From the IMG/VR virus record IMGVR_UViG_2585427793_000011: 32,993 nucleotides of DNA. One strand, given 5' to 3'. Positions 28,169-32,993 of the stretch are shown piece after piece. Source of the DNA: a virus (lineage: Duplodnaviria; Heunggongvirae; Uroviricota; Caudoviricetes). The position numbers and the translations under genes are program-made. The notes under the pieces were generated by a model that was given only the letters and a program-made list of their open reading frames with translations, had not been told where the DNA came from and ran no database searches. Position 1 is the stretch's first letter. Each line of letters opens with the position of its first letter.

Positions 28169-28444
28169 ATGAACAAAGAAAACGTCATTACCCTGGACAA
28201 TCCGGTCAAACGTGGTGAGCAGGTTATCGAACAGGTCACGCTGATGAAACCCAATGCCGGGACGCTGCGCGGTGTCAGTCTGGCTGCAGTCGCGAACTCC
28301 GAAGTCGATGCACTGATTAAAGTGCTGCCGCGCATGACGGCACCGATGCTGACCGAGCAGGAAGTCGCCGCGCTGGAACTGCCTGACCTTGTGGCGCTGG
28401 CCGGTAAGGTGGTCGGTTTTTTGTCGCCGAACTCGGTGCAGTGA
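28169..28444 (+). CDS. E: Tail assembly chaperone E
   Basis: 91 aa, between tube and tape measure genes; contains GGTTTTTTG slippery site near its 3' end. Confidence 0.85.
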   Translation: MNKENVITLDNPVKRGEQVIEQVTLMKPNAGTLRGVSLAAVANSEVDALIKVLPRMTAPMLTEQEVAALELPDLVALAGKVVGFLSPNSVQ

Positions 28445-28596
28445 CGTTTCCGAAAAATCTCTCGGTCGATGACCTGATGGCGGATGTGGCAGTGATATTT
28501 CACTGGCCGCCATCAGAACTGTATCCCATGAGCCTGACCGAACTCATCACATGGCGCGAAAAGGCGCTCCGGCGAAGCGGAAACACGAATGAGTAA
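28169..28596 (+). CDS. Tail assembly chaperone E+E' (-1 programmed frameshift product)
   Basis: Slippery TTTTTTG at 28416..28422; the -1 frame stays open to TAA at 28594..28596, giving a fusion of about 142 aa that overlaps the T start. Confidence 0.65.
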
Positions 28597-31036
28597 CAAT
28601 GTAAAATTACAGGTATTGCTCAGGGCTGTTGACCAGGCATCCCGCCCGTTTAAATCCATCCGCACAGCGAGCAAATCGCTGTCGGGGGATATCCGGGAAA
28701 CACAAAAATCACTGCGCGAGCTGAACGGTCAGGCATCCCGTATTGAGGGATTTCGCAAGACCAGTGCACAGCTCGCCGTGACTGGTCATGCACTTGAAAA
28801 GGCTCGGCAGGAAGCCGAAGCCCTTGCCACACAGTTTAAAAACACCGAACGTCCGACCCGTGCTCAGGCGAAAGTGCTGGAATCCGCAAAGCGTGCGGCG
28901 GAGGACTTACAGGCGAAATATAACCGCCTGACGGATTCCGTTAAACGCCAGCAACGGGAACTGGCCGCTGTGGGAATTAATACCCGCAATCTTGCACATG
29001 ATGAGCAGGGACTGAAAAACCGTATCAGTGAAACCACCGCACAGCTTAACCGTCAGCGCGACGCGCTGGCGCGTGTCAGTGCGCAACAGGCAAAACTTAA
29101 CGCAGTCAAACAGCGTTATCAGGCAGGCAAGGAACTGGCCGGAAATATGGCCTCGGTGGGCGCTGCCGGTGTGGGGATTGCGGCGGCGGGAACGATGGCC
29201 GGAGTTAAGCTGCTGATGCCCGGTTATGAGTTTGCGCAGAAAAACTCAGAATTGCAGGCCGTGCTCGGTGTGGCAAAAGATTCCGCCGAAATGGCCGCGC
29301 TACGCAAACAGGCGCGCCAGCTCGGCGACAATACCGCCGCCTCGGCGGATGATGCGGCCGGTGCGCAGATTATTATTGCGAAAGCCGGTGGGGATGTTGA
29401 TGCCATTCAGGCGGCAACGCCGGTCACGCTGAACATGGCGCTGGCGAACCGCCGCACGATGGAAGAAAACGCCGCCCTGCTGATGGGGATGAAATCCGCC
29501 TTTCAGCTTTCAAACGATAAGGTCGCTCATATCGGGGATGTTCTCTCCATGACGATGAACAAAACCGCCGCCGATTTTGACGGCATGAGCGATGCGCTGA
29601 CCTATGCCGCACCTGTGGCAAAAAATGCCGGTGTCAGCATTGAAGAAACCGCCGCAATGGTCGGGGCGCTGCATGATGCAAAAATCACAGGCTCAATGGC
29701 GGGGACGGGAAGCCGTGCCGTGTTAAGCCGCCTGCAGGCACCGACGGGAAAAGCATGGGATGCACTCAAAGAGCTTGGAGTGAAAACCTCAGACAGCAAG
29801 GGAAACACCCGGCCAATATTTACCATTCTGAAAGAAATGCAGGCCAGTTTTGAGAAAAACCGGCTCGGTACTGCCCAGCAGGCTGAATACATGAAAACTA
29901 TTTTCGGGGAGGAGGCCAGCTCAGCCGCCGCCGTGCTGATGACTGCCGCCTCAACCGGAAAGCTGGACAAACTGACCGCTGCGTTTAAAGCCTCAGACGG
30001 GAAGACCGCCGAGCTGGTAAATATCATGCAGGACAACCTAGGCGGTGACTTTAAGGAGTTTCAGTCCGCTTATGAGGCGGTGGGGACTGACCTGTTTGAC
30101 CAGCAGGAAGGCGCACTGCGTAAGCTCACGCAGACGGCCACAAAGTATGTGTTAAAACTCGACGGCTGGATACAGAAAAACAAATCACTGGCGTCAACCA
30201 TCGGCATCATTGTCGGTGGTGCACTGGCGCTGACTGGTGTCATCGGTGCCATTGGCCTCATAGCCTGGCCGGTTATCACCGGCATCAATGCCATCATCGC
30301 GGCAGCAGGCGCAATGGGGGCAATCTTCACGACGGTTGGCAGTGCTGTTATGACCGCCATCGGGGCGATTAGCTGGCCGGTTGTGGCCGTGGTGGCCGCC
30401 ATTGTCGCCGGGGCGTTGCTTATCCGTAAATACTGGGAGCCTGTCAGCGCATTCTTTGGCGGTGTGGTGGAAGGGCTGAAAGCGGCATTTGCGCCGGTGG
30501 GGGAACTGTTCACGCCACTGAAACCGGTGTTTGACTGGCTGGGCGAAAAGTTACAGGCCGCGTGGCAGTGGTTTACAAACCTGATTGCTCCGGTTAAAGC
30601 CACCCAGGACACCCTGAACCGTTGCCGTGACACGGGCGTCATGTTCGGGCAGGCACTGGCTGACGCGCTGATGCTGCCGCTTAATGCGTTCAACAAACTG
30701 CGCAGCGGTATTGACTGGGTACTGGAAAAACTCGGTGTTATCAACAAAGAGTCAGACACACTTGACCAGACCGCCGCCAGAACTCATGCCGCCACGTATG
30801 GCACCGGTGGTTATATTCCGGCGACCAGCTCTTATGCAGGCTATCAGGCTTATCAGCCGGTCACGGCACCGGCTGGCCGCTCTTATGTGGACCAGAGTAA
30901 AAACGAATATCACATCAGCCTGACGGGTGGTACTGCGCCGGGGACACAGCTCGACCGCCAGTTACAGGATGCGCTCGAAAAATACGAGCGGGATAAACGT
31001 GCGCGCGCCCGTGCCAGCATGATGCATGACGGTTAA
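28589..31036 (+). CDS. T: Tail tape measure protein
   Basis: 815 aa, P2 gpT length; coiled-coil-rich N-terminus and glycine/alanine-rich hydrophobic central segment. Confidence 0.9.
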   Translation: MSNNVKLQVLLRAVDQASRPFKSIRTASKSLSGDIRETQKSLRELNGQASRIEGFRKTSAQLAVTGHALEKARQEAEALATQFKNTERPTRAQAKVLESAKRAAEDLQAKYNRLTDSVKRQQRELAAVGINTRNLAHDEQGLKNRISETTAQLNRQRDALARVSAQQAKLNAVKQRYQAGKELAGNMASVGAAGVGIAAAGTMAGVKLLMPGYEFAQKNSELQAVLGVAKDSAEMAALRKQARQLGDNTAASADDAAGAQIIIAKAGGDVDAIQAATPVTLNMALANRRTMEENAALLMGMKSAFQLSNDKVAHIGDVLSMTMNKTAADFDGMSDALTYAAPVAKNAGVSIEETAAMVGALHDAKITGSMAGTGSRAVLSRLQAPTGKAWDALKELGVKTSDSKGNTRPIFTILKEMQASFEKNRLGTAQQAEYMKTIFGEEASSAAAVLMTAASTGKLDKLTAAFKASDGKTAELVNIMQDNLGGDFKEFQSAYEAVGTDLFDQQEGALRKLTQTATKYVLKLDGWIQKNKSLASTIGIIVGGALALTGVIGAIGLIAWPVITGINAIIAAAGAMGAIFTTVGSAVMTAIGAISWPVVAVVAAIVAGALLIRKYWEPVSAFFGGVVEGLKAAFAPVGELFTPLKPVFDWLGEKLQAAWQWFTNLIAPVKATQDTLNRCRDTGVMFGQALADALMLPLNAFNKLRSGIDWVLEKLGVINKESDTLDQTAARTHAATYGTGGYIPATSSYAGYQAYQPVTAPAGRSYVDQSKNEYHISLTGGTAPGTQLDRQLQDALEKYERDKRARARASMMHDG

Positions 31037-31050
31037 GGAGGTGACGAAAA

Positions 31051-31530
31051 ATGATGCTCGCGTTAGGTATGTTTGTTTTTATGCGCCAGACGCTGCCACA
31101 CCAGACCATGCAGCGTGAATCAGATTATCGCTGGCCGTCAAATTCCCGTATCGGTAAACGGGATGCCTTTCAGTTTCTCGGTGTTGGCGAGGAAAACATC
31201 ACGCTTGCCGGTGTGCTTTATCCCGAGCTGACCGGCGGAAAGCTGACGATGACTACGCTCAGGCTGATGGCAGAGGAAGGCCGGGCGTGGCCGTTGCTGG
31301 ATGGCACCGGCATGATTTACGGCATGTATGTCATCAGCAGGGTGAGTGAAACAGGGAGTATTTTCTTTGCAGACGGCACCCCCCGAAAAATTGATTTTAC
31401 GCTGTCGCTCACCCGCGTTGATGAATCACTGGCTGCGCTTTATGGCGATATCGGTAAACAGGCGGAATCGCTCATCGGTAAGGCTGGCAGTATGGCGACT
31501 AAATTCACGGGTATGACGGGGGCGGGATAA
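31051..31530 (+). CDS. U: Tail protein U
   Basis: 159 aa, P2 gpU length and position. Confidence 0.85.
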   Translation: MMLALGMFVFMRQTLPHQTMQRESDYRWPSNSRIGKRDAFQFLGVGEENITLAGVLYPELTGGKLTMTTLRLMAEEGRAWPLLDGTGMIYGMYVISRVSETGSIFFADGTPRKIDFTLSLTRVDESLAALYGDIGKQAESLIGKAGSMATKFTGMTGAG

Positions 31531-32693
31531 TGCTGGATGCGCTGACATTTGATGCAGGCAGTACGCTGACGCCGGATTACATGCTGATGCTCGACAGCAG
31601 GGATATTACCGGCAATATCAGCGACCGTCTGATGAGCATGACTCTGACGGATAACCGGGGCTTTGAGGCTGACCAGCTTGATATTGAACTGAACGATGTC
31701 GACGGGCAGGTCGAACTGCCGGTTCGTGGCGCTGTCCTGACGGTGTATATCGGCTGGAAAGGGTTTGCCCTGGTATGCAAAGGGAAATTCACCGTTGATG
31801 AGGTAGAACACCGGGGCGCGCCGGATGTGGTCACCATCCGGGCCCGGAGTGCAGATTTTCGTGGCACGCTCAATTCCCGCCGTGAAGGCTCCTGGCATGA
31901 CACCACGCTCGGTGCGATTGTTGAGGCGATAGCCTCCCGTAACAGGCTGGAAGCCAGTGTCGCTCCGTCACTGGCCGGAATTAAAATCCCGCACATCGAC
32001 CAGTCGCAGGAGTCTGATGCGAAATTCCTGACCCGTCTTGCTGAACGCAACGGCAGTGAGGTGTCGGTAAAAATGGGAAAACTGCTGTTTCTCAAAGCGG
32101 GGCAGGGGGTGACGGCCAGCGGTAAAAAAATCCCGCAGATTACCATCACCCGCAGCGACGGCGACCGTCATCATTTTGCGATTGCTGACCGTGGAGCCTA
32201 TACCGGCGTAACGGCAAAGTGGTTACACACCAAAGACCCGAAGCCGCAAAAGCAGAAGGTAAAACTGAAACGCAAAAAGAAAGAAAAACACCTGCGCGCA
32301 CTGGAGCACCCGAAAGCGAAACCGGTCAGGCAGAAGAAAGCGCCAAAAGTACCGGAAGCGCGCGAAGGTGAATATATGGCCGGTGAGGCTGACAATGTTT
32401 TTGCCCTGACCACGGTATATGCCACGAAAGCGCAGGCTATGCGCGCCGCTCAGGCGAAGTGGGATAAACTGCAACGGGGCGTTGCGGAGTTCTCCATCAG
32501 CCTGGCTACCGGTCGGGCAGATATTTACACGGAAACACCGGTTAAAGTGTCAGGCTTTAAGCGCGTCATAGACGAGCAGGACTGGACAATCACTAAGGTG
32601 ACACATTTTCTGAATAATAGCGGCTTCACGACGTGCCTGGAGCTTGAGGTCAGGCTTTCTGATGTGGAGTACGAAACAGAAGATGATGAGTGA
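31530..32693 (+). CDS. D: Tail protein D (late gene)
   Basis: 387 aa, P2 gpD length; last gene of the tail operon, one-nucleotide overlap with the U stop. Confidence 0.85.
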   Translation: MLDALTFDAGSTLTPDYMLMLDSRDITGNISDRLMSMTLTDNRGFEADQLDIELNDVDGQVELPVRGAVLTVYIGWKGFALVCKGKFTVDEVEHRGAPDVVTIRARSADFRGTLNSRREGSWHDTTLGAIVEAIASRNRLEASVAPSLAGIKIPHIDQSQESDAKFLTRLAERNGSEVSVKMGKLLFLKAGQGVTASGKKIPQITITRSDGDRHHFAIADRGAYTGVTAKWLHTKDPKPQKQKVKLKRKKKEKHLRALEHPKAKPVRQKKAPKVPEAREGEYMAGEADNVFALTTVYATKAQAMRAAQAKWDKLQRGVAEFSISLATGRADIYTETPVKVSGFKRVIDEQDWTITKVTHFLNNSGFTTCLELEVRLSDVEYETEDDE

Positions 32694-32774
32694 TGTTTTT
32701 ATTTTATCTGTTTGTTTTATAAGGATAATTTAACTAAAATGGCACCATCAACAAAACCGGAAGAGGTGCTCGCG

Positions 32775-32993
32775 ATGTTTCATTGTCCTTTATGCCAGCA
32801 TGCCGCACATGCGCGTACAAGCCGCTATATCACTGACACGACAAAAGAGCGTTATCATCAGTGCCAGAACGTGAATTGCAGCGCCACGTTCATCACTTAT
32901 GAGTCGGTACAGCGATACATTGTGAAGCCGGGAGAAGTCCACGCCGTAAGGCCGCACCCGTTGCCATCAGGGCAGCAAATTATGTGGATGTAA
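32775..32993 (+). CDS. ogr: Late gene transcriptional activator (zinc-finger)
   Basis: 72 aa from ATG at 32775; C-x2-C-x22-C-x4-C zinc-binding arrangement (CPLC...CQNVNC); position after D as in P2. Confidence 0.85.
   Translation: MFHCPLCQHAAHARTSRYITDTTKERYHQCQNVNCSATFITYESVQRYIVKPGEVHAVRPHPLPSGQQIMWM

Larger units (their letters stand above)
1..32993. mobile_element. P2-like prophage (int to ogr), apparently complete; att sites outside window
   Basis: Full P2 gene order and near-identical ORF lengths for int, C, A, Q, P, O, N, M, L, X, Y, K, R, S, V, W, J, I, G, FI, FII, E, T, U, D, ogr; cos-like 19-mer present; window begins at int stop and ends at ogr stop. Confidence 0.9.

Overview
The window is an essentially complete P2-like (Peduovirus-type) enterobacterial prophage, running from the stop codon of int (pos 1) to the stop codon of ogr (pos 32993); the att sites lie outside it. 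Gene order and ORF lengths match the P2 map throughout: int-C-cox-orf78-B-orf80..83-A, then cos, then Q/P (minus strand), O-N-M-L-X-Y-K-lysA-lysB/lysC-R-S, V-W-J-I-H-G, FI-FII-E/E'-T-U-D-ogr. Product calls rest on synteny, length agreement and a few motifs read directly; no database search was run. Three AT-rich, counter-oriented cargo insertions interrupt this GC-rich backbone at the positions where P2-like phages are known to vary. (1) Between A and cos (the P2 tin/old locus) sits a tightly coupled three-gene minus-strand operon (6053..8909) of proteins I cannot assign to any family; this is the strongest candidate for an undescribed anti-phage defence system. (2) Between S and V (the P2 orf30 position) is a 261-aa predicted membrane protein. 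(3) Between G and FI (the P2 Z/fun locus) is a 355-360-aa unassigned protein. The tail fibre gene H also carries a near-perfect 132-bp tandem repeat array of about 6.7 copies. No tRNA, rRNA or CRISPR array was found. Late promoters are expected upstream of P, O, V and FI but I could not place them confidently.
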